A DNA stretch of 32,000 nt, from NCBI RefSeq assembly GCF_000186885.1, contig NC_014972.1, positions 3,750,001-3,782,000 of the forward strand. The letters run 5' to 3'. A program made the translations under genes and the position numbers. The notes under the pieces were generated by a model. It had not been told where the DNA came from, searched no databases, and worked only from the letters and a program-made list of their open reading frames with translations. This DNA comes from Desulfobulbus propionicus DSM 2032 (GTDB lineage: Bacteria > Desulfobacterota > Desulfobulbia > Desulfobulbales > Desulfobulbaceae). Below are positions 24,347 to 32,000 of this stretch, piece after piece; the first letter of the stretch is position 1; the number at the start of each line of letters is the position of its first letter.

Positions 24347-24844
24347 CTACTTCTGGGTATTGGGCACCAGCAGTACCGGGATATGACTGAAGCGGGAAAC
24401 ACGGCGGGCGGTGGTCCCCATGAGGGCACTGCCGAGAAAGGAGCGGGTCGAGGTCCCCATGACGATCATGTCGGCCTGATGCTTCTTGGCCACTTCCAGA
24501 ATCTCCTCGCTGGGATTGCCGCTGGCCACCAGGATCTCGGTCACCGGCGTCCGGTCGAGACCAAAGGAGGCCAGCTCTTCCTGGCAGTAGGTGTCGAGCC
24601 GCTGCTTCATGACGGCAAGCACTTCCCTGGCCCCGTCCCGATTGATCTTTTCCGCTGTCTCTCCGGACAGATAGTTGGCGATGATCGCGGTGCCGGTGGT
24701 GCCGAGCGGTTCGACCACATGCAGCATCAGCAAGCGGGCATCGTAACGGCGGGCCTGACTGACCGCCAGGCGAAAGACGGGACGGGTATTTTCCCCCAGA
24801 TCCGTGGCGTAGAGAATGGTTTTGATATTCGGGGCTGGAACCAT
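24347..24844 (-). CDS. Universal stress protein (UspA family)
   Basis: 165 aa. Motifs: ILYATDLGENT, LLMLHVVEP, ADMIVMGTSTRSFLGSALMGTTARRVSRFSHIPVLLV (the G-2x-G-9x-G(S/T) ATP-binding style motif). Confidence 0.85.
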   Translation of the reverse strand: MVPAPNIKTILYATDLGENTRPVFRLAVSQARRYDARLLMLHVVEPLGTTGTAIIANYLSGETAEKINRDGAREVLAVMKQRLDTYCQEELASFGLDRTPVTEILVASGNPSEEILEVAKKHQADMIVMGTSTRSFLGSALMGTTARRVSRFSHIPVLLVPNTQK

Positions 24845-25115
24845 CTGTTCCTCCTGTGCGGTGGCCGGCTCTCCCCGTCGGTCTCCCTCGGCCGACGGTT
24901 GATCCGGTTGTTTGATCGGTGTGAGGCGATTTGGGTACGCACCTGCGGTGCCTGCGGCGCAACCAAGCGAGGTTGTCAGACAACTTGCAGATATTACAAA
25001 ACAATCATTACAAGAACCACATCCAGTCTGTCAAACGGTTTTTTGCTGTCAACGCGATCCATGCTGCCCCGTTGTGGCACCATGGATGGGCCTTTTCGCG
25101 CAAAAGCGGCCACGC

Positions 25116-27056
25116 TCAGCCGACGAGTTTTTTGCTGCCGCCGCTCACCCCATCGAGTACTTCCAAGAGCCGCCGTTTGGCCTTGTGGGTTCGCCGCAAT
25201 TCAGCCAGCAGGGCCCGCCATTCGTCCATCCGGTTGCCGGCTTCGTAGACTTTGCGCATGAGCCGGAGAAAACCACCGGCCTCGACATAGGCCCGGGGTT
25301 TGACCTCGGCGATCAACCGGTCGACATTTTCCCGCCAAATGGCAAGCGCCACCTCGGGATGGGTCCTGAACACGGCCTTGGCCACTTTTTCGCCCACGAA
25401 CCAATGGGTGCGACTGCCTTTCTTCATGGCCTGATACAACCGCATCACGTCATCGTACCGTTTTTCAGCGATGGCGATATCGATCAGCGTTTGCCTGTCC
25501 GGGAACGGTCTGCCCCCCTCCTTGCCCGCTGGATAGGCAACTTCTGGATCGGGCAGCGGCCAGGGAGGCAGGTTGTCCAGTTTTTCCCCCCGATCAGGAC
25601 GCTGGCCGGTCTGGAGATAGGCAAGGGCCAGCTCGCGCAGCTTCGGCCAAACACCAATTTTTTCCGCGGCCTTGCGCAACTCGCGGTAGGTTTCCAGCGA
25701 GGCATGCCCAAAGAAATCCTGCGCCCGGTACGCGGCCACTAGGCTGTCCTGCCGATCAGCTGCAGCCATTTCCCTGAGTCGTTTTTGCAGGCATGCGGCA
25801 ATGCCAGGGGCTTCGGTGACCGTCCGGTCAAACCCCCGGACGCACCATTGCCGTGCCTGTTCCCGTTTTCCCGCCAGTACGAGCCGATCCACCAGCTGCT
25901 CGTAATTGCGGCTGACATCGGCCTCCTGTTCCAACAGCTGCAGAACCTTTTCCGCTTGACCGCCTCGCTCGTAGGCCTTGATCAGCCAGCCGATCAGCCG
26001 GTTGCGTCGGTAGGTGTCGGCAAAATGGACGGTCTTGGGCCTGTCGAGCCCTTGCAGCCGCTCCTCGAGGACTGCCGCCGCCGCCTGCCAATCGGTTACC
26101 GTATACGCGGGATCGGCTAAGATCTCTTCCCCGGAGTCGAGCAAGGAAAACTCGTCAGCCAGCATCCGCTCGATCACCCACAGCAGCTGATCGGCTCGCT
26201 TCAATGACGACTTCGGTACCGCCTGCAGCACAATCTCCAGACAGGCGCTCAAGGCGCCCATGGTTTCGCCCTCGTCATCGGACTGCGCGATCTGCTCCGT
26301 ACCCAGCCGCCACAGGGTATTGCCCAGGTCGAGCAGTTCGTCGGCATGGCCCGCATCGAAAAGCGCTCGGAACTGCTGCCGAACATGGCTGTAATCGGGG
26401 AGGCTGGCTTCGTCGCTCCACTGGTTGCGCCAGGCGGGTTCATCGGTCAGGCGGCGGATCTCCTTGTGCAGAGATCGGACCAGCGGCCCGATCTGGCCTC
26501 GACTCAACTGATCCGCCTCCAGTAATCGCCTCTCGACCGCCGGAAACTCCCTGGCTAAGGTGACAAGCAGGTCGTGCAGTTCCTCCCAGCTCTTGCCCAC
26601 CAGGATCTTGCGCACCTTCGACGGACCGGCGCGTTTGACCGTGCCCCCTGGATCCGCACGATCAGCTGCATCCTCGTTTGGCTCTTTTTTCAATTTTCGA
26701 TCCTGATCGCCCATGAGGATGTGGCCGAGCTCGCTGTCCTCGTCAAGCATCGGAAGTTCTCCCGTGTCATGCACGGAACGCGCCGCCGCCAGGATCACCG
26801 CCGCCGCGTGCTTGCACGGTCCCTGATCATAGGGACAGGTGCACAACCATCCGTGCATGCCGGATGGGTCGAGGTGGACCAGGGTGGCGTACTTCTCGGT
26901 CCCCTGGACCCACGCCACCAGCTCGTTGTTTGCGGTTCGATGCAGTTCCTCCACCCGTTGGACATAACCTTTTCCCCGGGTACGGATTGCTTCTCCTGCC
27001 CATTGGTCAAGGTCGTCATAGGTAAGCTGACCGAGGATGGCGTTGAGGGTGTCCAT
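25116..27056 (-). CDS. SWIM zinc-finger protein with long helical-repeat C-terminal region
   Basis: 646 aa. HGWLCTCPYDQGPCKHAAAVILAA is a CxCxnCxH SWIM finger near the N-terminus. The remainder is helix-rich with no catalytic motif I can see. Confidence 0.8.
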   Translation of the reverse strand: MDTLNAILGQLTYDDLDQWAGEAIRTRGKGYVQRVEELHRTANNELVAWVQGTEKYATLVHLDPSGMHGWLCTCPYDQGPCKHAAAVILAAARSVHDTGELPMLDEDSELGHILMGDQDRKLKKEPNEDAADRADPGGTVKRAGPSKVRKILVGKSWEELHDLLVTLAREFPAVERRLLEADQLSRGQIGPLVRSLHKEIRRLTDEPAWRNQWSDEASLPDYSHVRQQFRALFDAGHADELLDLGNTLWRLGTEQIAQSDDEGETMGALSACLEIVLQAVPKSSLKRADQLLWVIERMLADEFSLLDSGEEILADPAYTVTDWQAAAAVLEERLQGLDRPKTVHFADTYRRNRLIGWLIKAYERGGQAEKVLQLLEQEADVSRNYEQLVDRLVLAGKREQARQWCVRGFDRTVTEAPGIAACLQKRLREMAAADRQDSLVAAYRAQDFFGHASLETYRELRKAAEKIGVWPKLRELALAYLQTGQRPDRGEKLDNLPPWPLPDPEVAYPAGKEGGRPFPDRQTLIDIAIAEKRYDDVMRLYQAMKKGSRTHWFVGEKVAKAVFRTHPEVALAIWRENVDRLIAEVKPRAYVEAGGFLRLMRKVYEAGNRMDEWRALLAELRRTHKAKRRLLEVLDGVSGGSKKLVG

Positions 27057-27306
27057 GGTCGTCTCCTTGTGAGAGGTGCAGCGATGACCGGCGGCTTTGT
27101 GCGCGTGCCAGGCCCATCTGCCGCCGGATCTCCTTCCCAGTCATGGGAAGGGAGATGGTTGTATCCAACCGGACTTGTATCGGAAAAACAACCGGAAATT
27201 TTCAACCGCCCCAAAAGGGACCACCCACCCCTTGTTGCTCACGACGCGTCTTGTCAGCCGGTTCAACCGGACGCCGTTGTTCTCGGGTCGCCTGGGCGTG
27301 GTGTGC

Positions 27307-27915
27307 TCAGCGCGCATTTCGCGGCCACTGGAGCAGTTCTTTTTCAGTGATGACGATATCCATGGGGATATCATAGGGAAAGACCGGAAGTCGCTCGACC
27401 ACTTGCAGGGAGAAGGCCAGGCCGATTCTGCGGGCCTGAGCGGCGGCTCCGGAAAGAAAGCGGTCATAATAGCCGCCTCCGTATCCAAGGCGATATCCCT
27501 GTCGATCAAAAACCGCGCCGGGCACCACCACTATTTCAATGGTTTCCAGGGGCAACAGTCTGCTGGGGATCAGGGCAGGAAGCGGCTCGGGAATGCCCTT
27601 GTAGCCGGGGGCCAGATCCGCGTCTGGATCGGTGATCGCAACGGCTGCCATCCTCGATTGGTCGGGTCGGGTCAAGGGCACGCTGACCGTCTTTCCCGCC
27701 CGCAGACAACGGCGGATCAGTTCCGTTGTTTCGACCTCGCTGTGATAGTTGCAGTAGATGAACAGGTGGTTTGTGTCGCGGAAAACGGGCAAGGCGAGCA
27801 GAGCCTCGATGATTTGCAGGCTCAGCCGCGTTCTTGCCACGGGCGAAAGAAGACTCCGCTGAGCAAGAAAACGGCTCCGCAGTGCCTGTCGATCAAGTGC
27901 CTGGGGGGTGCTCAT
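27307..27915 (-). CDS. 5-formyltetrahydrofolate cyclo-ligase
   Basis: Trimmed to MSTPQALDRQALRSRFLAQR (ATG at 27915), removing the overlap with the upstream transporter. Motifs: VSVPLTRP, YKGIPEP, VVVPGAVFDRQGYRLGYGGGYYDRFL (the family's G.G.GyYDr signature). Confidence 0.85.
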   Translation of the reverse strand: MSTPQALDRQALRSRFLAQRSLLSPVARTRLSLQIIEALLALPVFRDTNHLFIYCNYHSEVETTELIRRCLRAGKTVSVPLTRPDQSRMAAVAITDPDADLAPGYKGIPEPLPALIPSRLLPLETIEIVVVPGAVFDRQGYRLGYGGGYYDRFLSGAAAQARRIGLAFSLQVVERLPVFPYDIPMDIVITEKELLQWPRNAR

Positions 27916-27992
27916 CGGTGATGCGGAAGGATGAAAAAAGGGCGGCACCCATAAGGATACCGCCCATTGAGTCGTTGTTGCTGCCCACCGAT

Positions 27993-29261
27993 TTACATCG
28001 GCAGAAGCAACTTGTTGGTGTCCTCGTTCCAGGTCACCACCAGATACCACAATGTCGAGAAACCAACGATCAAGGCCATGGTATACCCATATCCCATGAC
28101 ATCAGGCAGATATACATAGCTGCCGAGATAGCCGTTTTCCTCGAAATTGAAGGCTGAAAACCATGCCACCATCAGGGAGTTGGAAATCGAGAAAAAGGGC
28201 ACACATACCCACAGTTTGATCTGTCCCTCGCCAACACGCCAGAGCGCACCGGAACCGCAACCGCCCGCCAGCATCGCCCCCAGGCCGAAGATGAAGCCGC
28301 CAACCACGCCACCCCAACCAAAGGTGCCGCGCACATAGTTCATCGGATCGAGCACCGGATCGCCGCCAAGACGGGTGCCCACGCCGTATTTGAGGACTGC
28401 GGCGCCCACGGCGACAATGACGATCGACAGGGCCACGGACTTGGCCATCTTGCAGTCACCGGTCATATGCGGTTCGCGGAATCCCTGGATCATGCACCAA
28501 CGGCCGCGCTGCATGGTATAACCAAGGCCGACGGCAATCAGCAGAATGCCGGACAACGAAGTAATATATTCGACAAAGTCATCCCCATCGAAGGTGGCGT
28601 AGTAGTTGGCACACCATATCACGCCGACCACGCCGGCAACACCGAGCACCCATTGAATGGGATACGGAATATTGAGGGTAAAGGATCCCCCTCCGCCCCA
28701 GGTGATGAGTTCCATCTCTTTATACAGGAGCCAAAGGCCGAGCAATACACCGGGAACCAAACCGATCCACATGGCAAAACCGTTGGCGGCGAGGTTGCCG
28801 ATGGCGTTGTACATACCGCCGACATTACACCCACCGGCCAGGGCCGAACCGATGCCCATGAGCACACCGGCGATCATCGCTTTGACATACTCACGAACCG
28901 GCGGAAAACGGAAGGCGAACTGACCGCCAAGGCAAGCGGAAATAAAGGCGCCGCCGATGAATCCCAGACCGATGACCGAGCCAGTGTTGAACAGGAAGGA
29001 TTTGGTCAGAATCTTTTCGCCGTCCTCGTTGACAAACCCGACCAACTCGGCCAGATCACCGTTGAATATGCCGGCATGCCACAGCATCCAATCGCCCCAG
29101 TTACGGATGGCGCCGACCGCTCCCCAGGGACGCCACCAGGCCATGATGAGGATGCTCAACAGGGCGACAATGATGCCAGTGAGTGTGGGATTCCACTCCT
29201 CCTGACAGAGCACCTTGTACAAATGTCTAATCTTTTGCCACAAAACCTTCACGTCTTCCAT
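27993..29261 (-). CDS. YeeE/YedE-family sulfur-compound (thiosulfate-type) transporter-like membrane protein
   Basis: Highly hydrophobic, with two conserved-Cys motifs: LAGGCNVGGMYNAIG and LAGGCGSGALWRVGEG. The start is set at ATG 29261 (MEDVKVLWQK), with AGGAGG 10 nt upstream, rather than the track's GTG at 29300. Confidence 0.8.
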   Translation of the reverse strand: MEDVKVLWQKIRHLYKVLCQEEWNPTLTGIIVALLSILIMAWWRPWGAVGAIRNWGDWMLWHAGIFNGDLAELVGFVNEDGEKILTKSFLFNTGSVIGLGFIGGAFISACLGGQFAFRFPPVREYVKAMIAGVLMGIGSALAGGCNVGGMYNAIGNLAANGFAMWIGLVPGVLLGLWLLYKEMELITWGGGGSFTLNIPYPIQWVLGVAGVVGVIWCANYYATFDGDDFVEYITSLSGILLIAVGLGYTMQRGRWCMIQGFREPHMTGDCKMAKSVALSIVIVAVGAAVLKYGVGTRLGGDPVLDPMNYVRGTFGWGGVVGGFIFGLGAMLAGGCGSGALWRVGEGQIKLWVCVPFFSISNSLMVAWFSAFNFEENGYLGSYVYLPDVMGYGYTMALIVGFSTLWYLVVTWNEDTNKLLLPM

Positions 29262-29482
29262 TCTTGCACAGCCTCCTTGTCCCTTTAATGATAATGGCAC
29301 CTAACGCAAACTTCTTAAAAATAGGCATCTTTTACTATAAATGTGCAAAAATACCGTTGCCCATGTATTTTGTCAATAACGGCAATCTATTTGCTGGATA
29401 ATATATAACAATTTGTTTTTATTGTATAAAAAAAATGATTTTCGCTTCAATTCTGAAGCCTCATTCAATTTTTGTTTCTAAC

Positions 29483-29511
29483 TTGACAACCCAGGCTTTA
29501 ATCTATAAACT
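29483..29511 (+). promoter_or_regulatory. Candidate sigma70-type promoter of the tusA operon
   Basis: TTGACA (29483-29488), a 17-nt spacer, then TAAACT (29506-29511), about 65 nt upstream of the tusA ATG and inside a ~22% GC stretch. Based on pattern match only. Confidence 0.4.
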
Positions 29512-29577
29512 AAATTGTCTTTTTTTCATGTATAAAATGGTCTTTTTAACAAAGCATTTCCTTAAGGAGAACCCACA

Positions 29578-29835
29578 ATGAGTGACGTAAAAGTAGCCCC
29601 TGAAGGTCTGGATGTCGCCGCTGTTCTGGATGCACGTGGTCTAAGCTGCCCCATGCCGCTCCTCCGCACCAAAAAAGAGATTGGCAAGATCAGCTCCGGC
29701 CAGATCCTGCACATCCAGGGAACTGATCCCGGTTCCCGTAACGATATCCCCGGTTGGTGCGAGCGTGCTGGTCATGAGTATCTCGGCGAGAAGGAAGAGG
29801 CTGGCTACATTAGCTTTTTCATTAAAAAAGGATGA
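29578..29835 (+). CDS. tusA: TusA-family sulfurtransferase (SirA/YedF/YeeD-like)
   Basis: 85 aa. LDARGLSCPMPLLRTKKEI carries the CPxP active-site motif. The RBS AAGGAG lies 8 nt upstream. Confidence 0.85.
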   Translation: MSDVKVAPEGLDVAAVLDARGLSCPMPLLRTKKEIGKISSGQILHIQGTDPGSRNDIPGWCERAGHEYLGEKEEAGYISFFIKKG

Positions 29836-29876
29836 TCATTCCATCGTCACTGTCCTTTTGAAGGAGGAAAAAGCCC

Positions 29877-30209
29877 ATGGCTGCCGATCCAAATAAACTC
29901 GGGATTTTCGTTACCTCTCCTCAGCATATGCGTCACATCCTTGGCATCACCAAGGCTGCGGTACGCGCCGGAAAAAAGGTAATGGTTTTCTTTACCTATA
30001 AATCCATCCACCTGACCAAGAATCCGCTGTTCTATGAACTGACCCAGCTGTGCGCGGTCGAGGACATCGCCATCTGCGCGGACAGTTATATCTGTGAAGG
30101 ATTTGATAACGTCAACGACATTCCTCGTGGTCTGATCGACAAGCAGATGCGGACCCAGGCTTTCCATGGCGCCATTCTTGACGAGTGCGCCAAGTATATC
30201 GTCATGTAA
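29877..30209 (+). CDS. DsrE/DsrF-like family protein
   Basis: 110 aa. KLGIFVTSPQHMRHILGITKAAVRAGKKVMVFFTYKSIHL and IAICADS resemble the DsrE-fold layout (beta1-helix-beta2, conserved Cys). Strong RBS GAAGGAGG. Confidence 0.6.
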   Translation: MAADPNKLGIFVTSPQHMRHILGITKAAVRAGKKVMVFFTYKSIHLTKNPLFYELTQLCAVEDIAICADSYICEGFDNVNDIPRGLIDKQMRTQAFHGAILDECAKYIVM

Positions 30210-30221
30210 GGAGAGACGGAA

Positions 30222-30569
30222 ATGGAATCATTGAAAGTGTACATCCTGATCGCCAACCGTGTATACAATGACGGTATCCGCTCCGGTCTGGGTCTTGCCG
30301 TTGAGAATCATTATGCCTTCCCCGTAATTATGAACGGTGAATTTCCACGGTTTTCCAACTATATGTCGGAGAACATCGCCTGGATCTCCGACATGGAAGG
30401 CCAGGTCTACAGTTGCGGTGCCGAGGCTCCCACCGACCTGCCGGAAGGAACCGAGATCGCTAACATTTCTCTGGAAGAACTCGGCGAGGCAATGCGAGAA
30501 GCCGATTTTATCATTCCCTATGGTCTTCCCAAACAATCCCACGAGCCGCCCGCTGCTTGTAGCGAATAA
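30222..30569 (+). CDS. Conserved hypothetical protein, possibly DsrE-fold
   Basis: 115 aa. KVYILIANRVYNDGIRSGLGLAVENHYAFPVIMNGE looks DsrE/F-like. RBS AAGGAG. It starts 12 nt after the previous gene. Confidence 0.5.
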   Translation: MESLKVYILIANRVYNDGIRSGLGLAVENHYAFPVIMNGEFPRFSNYMSENIAWISDMEGQVYSCGAEAPTDLPEGTEIANISLEELGEAMREADFIIPYGLPKQSHEPPAACSE

Positions 30570-30581
30570 AAGGAGCACACT

Positions 30582-30770
30582 ATGAGTGGTGATACCATGA
30601 AAATACTGCAGGTTTATCGATCCGAACCCACCGAGGATGTCAAAAAATTGGTTGAGATTCTCAACCGTGACCGGGTAGCCGACGAGTTCAAGCTGTACAT
30701 CGGCGAACCGAACTACGATATTCTCGTTCAGAAAATTTTCGCCAACGACAAGACTGTTTGCTGGTGGTAA
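30582..30770 (+). CDS. Small conserved hypothetical protein (62 aa)
   Basis: RBS AAGGAG upstream. It starts 12 nt after the previous gene and is followed by a strong terminator. An alternative start is at MKILQ (30597). No motif recognised. Confidence 0.5.
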   Translation: MSGDTMKILQVYRSEPTEDVKKLVEILNRDRVADEFKLYIGEPNYDILVQKIFANDKTVCWW

Positions 30771-30800
30771 TTCTTCCCCTTTAGACTGAAACATGCTGTG

Positions 30801-30838
30801 AACCCTGCCATTGCGAGAATGGCAGGGTTTTTTATTTT
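30801..30838 (+). terminator. Rho-independent terminator of the tusA-dsrE-like operon
   Basis: AACCCTGCCATT-gcgag-AATGGCAGGGTT is a perfect 12-bp stem, followed by TTTTATTTT. It starts 31 nt after the last stop codon. Confidence 0.85.
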
Positions 30839-30845
30839 CAGGCCT

Positions 30846-31964
30846 TCAAGACGCCGCGAGAATGGTTTCCATGAGACGATCATGGAATATCGGTCGAAAG
30901 GGACGTATTTTTATATTTTCCCGAGAAGGATGAACACGGTTGGTCAACAAGACGATAATAACCTCCTGTTCGGGATCGATCCAGAACGAGGTGCCGCTGA
31001 ACCCCAAATGGCCGACGCTGTGTGCCGAAAACAAGTGCCCGCTGCTCGAACGACCCGGGGTGGGTGTGTCGAAGCCCAGGCACCAGCTGCTCGACTGGTG
31101 CCGACGGGTCAACGCCTCCCGTAACAAAGCATTGGCAAAGGCCGGATGACTGTTCCGCCCTTTCCATATATCTAGCAGTCGTTCACACAGGCGCATAACG
31201 GCCTCAATCGTGCCAAACAGACCGGCATGCCCCGCCACCCCTCCCATCAACCAACAATGTTCGTCATGCACCTCTCCCTGTAACAGTCTCTGCCGCCAGA
31301 GGCATTTTTCGGTGGCCGCGATGGTGCCGGTGTGTTCATCGGTCCACGTTTCGTTCAGCGGCCGAAAACGCAGCGTTGAAGATATCTGCAACGGTTCTGT
31401 GATCACCGTGCTAAACAGGTGATCAAGACGGGTTGCTGTCGTGTGCTCGATGAGCCATCCCAGAAGCATGAAGCCGAGATCACTGTACACGCAGGTCGAT
31501 CCCAGCGGATAGTCGATTGGTTCCCGAATGATTTTTTCCAACAACAGTCCTTTGTTTCGTGGCGATTGACGGGGATTAAACTGGGCAAAATAGGGCTGAT
31601 AGGCCGGTAATCCCGACGAATGCTGCAACAGATGCCGTATTGTGATGGCTTCTTTTTCCGGCTCAAGGTCAGGTGCAAGGGGGGGCAGCCCTGACTGACA
31701 CAACCGCATCTGTCCCGTTTCGAGTAAATGCAAGACACAGAGGGTGGTGCATAACGGTTTGGTCAACGAGGCCAGGTCAAAGAACGTTTCCGCCTTCACT
31801 GGCTGGCCGTGCGCATCGCTTCTGGTCCTTCCGCCACTGAACCAGGATCTGGAGCGGACCCCATGTCGTGTAACACTGACCGCTGCGGAGACCCCGCAGA
31901 ATACCCCTTCTTCGAGACCCTGGCGACAGAGCTCGGACAGCTTTCTATTTATTTGATTTTTCAT
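30846..31964 (-). CDS. Serine hydrolase, beta-lactamase/PBP4*-related family
   Basis: The SxxK motif is in FDLASLTKPLCT, followed by VYSDLGF (YxN-like) and GHLGFSGTSFWIDP (the HxG box typical of this family). The start is uncertain: ATG at 31964 (MKNQINRK) or the track's TTG at 31991. Confidence 0.8.
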   Translation of the reverse strand: MKNQINRKLSELCRQGLEEGVFCGVSAAVSVTRHGVRSRSWFSGGRTRSDAHGQPVKAETFFDLASLTKPLCTTLCVLHLLETGQMRLCQSGLPPLAPDLEPEKEAITIRHLLQHSSGLPAYQPYFAQFNPRQSPRNKGLLLEKIIREPIDYPLGSTCVYSDLGFMLLGWLIEHTTATRLDHLFSTVITEPLQISSTLRFRPLNETWTDEHTGTIAATEKCLWRQRLLQGEVHDEHCWLMGGVAGHAGLFGTIEAVMRLCERLLDIWKGRNSHPAFANALLREALTRRHQSSSWCLGFDTPTPGRSSSGHLFSAHSVGHLGFSGTSFWIDPEQEVIIVLLTNRVHPSRENIKIRPFRPIFHDRLMETILAAS

Positions 31965-32000
31965 TTTTTTAAAGCTTCTTTTATCAAACAATTTGTTTGA

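Noticed and set aside
24341-24349. Convergent ilvY and usp stop codons only 3 nt apart with no terminator hairpin.
   Set aside because: Tight convergent gene ends are common. No structure or repeat is present to suggest anything beyond compact gene packing.
27916-27992. A 6S RNA (ssrS) next to the 5-formyl-THF cyclo-ligase gene, as in the E. coli ssrS-ygfA arrangement.
   Set aside because: The upstream gap is only 77 nt, too short for a ~180-nt 6S RNA. The 250-bp downstream gap is on the wrong side, and I could not fold it into the long bulged-hairpin 6S shape by eye. An Rfam scan would settle it.
29295-29310. Sigma54-like TGGCAC-ctaac-GCAAA on the plus strand upstream of tusA.
   Set aside because: The GG-to-GC spacing is 2 nt shorter than the TGGCAC-N5-TTGC consensus and the -12 element lacks TTGC. 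It also lies about 280 nt from tusA, adjacent to the yeeE-like start region.
1-32000. Scan for CRISPR arrays, tRNA/rRNA genes, IS elements or inverted terminal repeats, and integrase or transposase ORFs.
   Set aside because: I saw no regularly spaced direct repeats, no cloverleaf-like sequences in the intergenic gaps (19791-20167, 21352-21641, 24845-25115, 27057-27306, 29262-29577) and no DDE or tyrosine-recombinase-like ORFs. A tRNAscan or Rfam run would be the definitive check.

Overview
High-GC bacterial chromosome segment with two parts. Bases 1-19790 (minus strand) hold one tightly packed operon of 17 genes for a phage-tail-like contractile injection system (eCIS/CIS). In transcription order these are: sheath, tube, a Cys4 protein, a proline-rich disordered protein, a DUF4255 cap, an AAA+ ATPase, a small ORF, a tube-initiator-like protein, a LysM protein, a gpD-like hub, a gpV/VgrG-like spike, gp25, two gpJ-like baseplate proteins, a gpI-like wedge protein, a 1042-aa fibre-like protein, and a DUF4157 protein. 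The DUF4157 gene is absent from the ORF track and is cut by the window edge. No capsid, terminase, portal, integrase or lysis genes are visible. The gene order is P2-like rather than Afp/PVC-like, and no PAAR gene or clear tape measure is present. An AT-rich palindrome-bearing region at about 19960-20060 precedes the operon. Bases 20168-32000 carry ordinary and accessory metabolism genes. These are a degenerate P-loop protein, ychJ, ilvC and divergent ilvY with a T-N11-A box, a Usp protein, a SWIM zinc-finger protein and 5-formyl-THF cyclo-ligase. They are followed by a YeeE/YedE transporter divergent from tusA, a dsrE-like gene and two small conserved genes (a YTD-like sulfur-trafficking cluster), then a serine hydrolase. 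No rRNA, tRNA, CRISPR array or transposase was seen. All family assignments come from motif recognition by eye; no searches were run.
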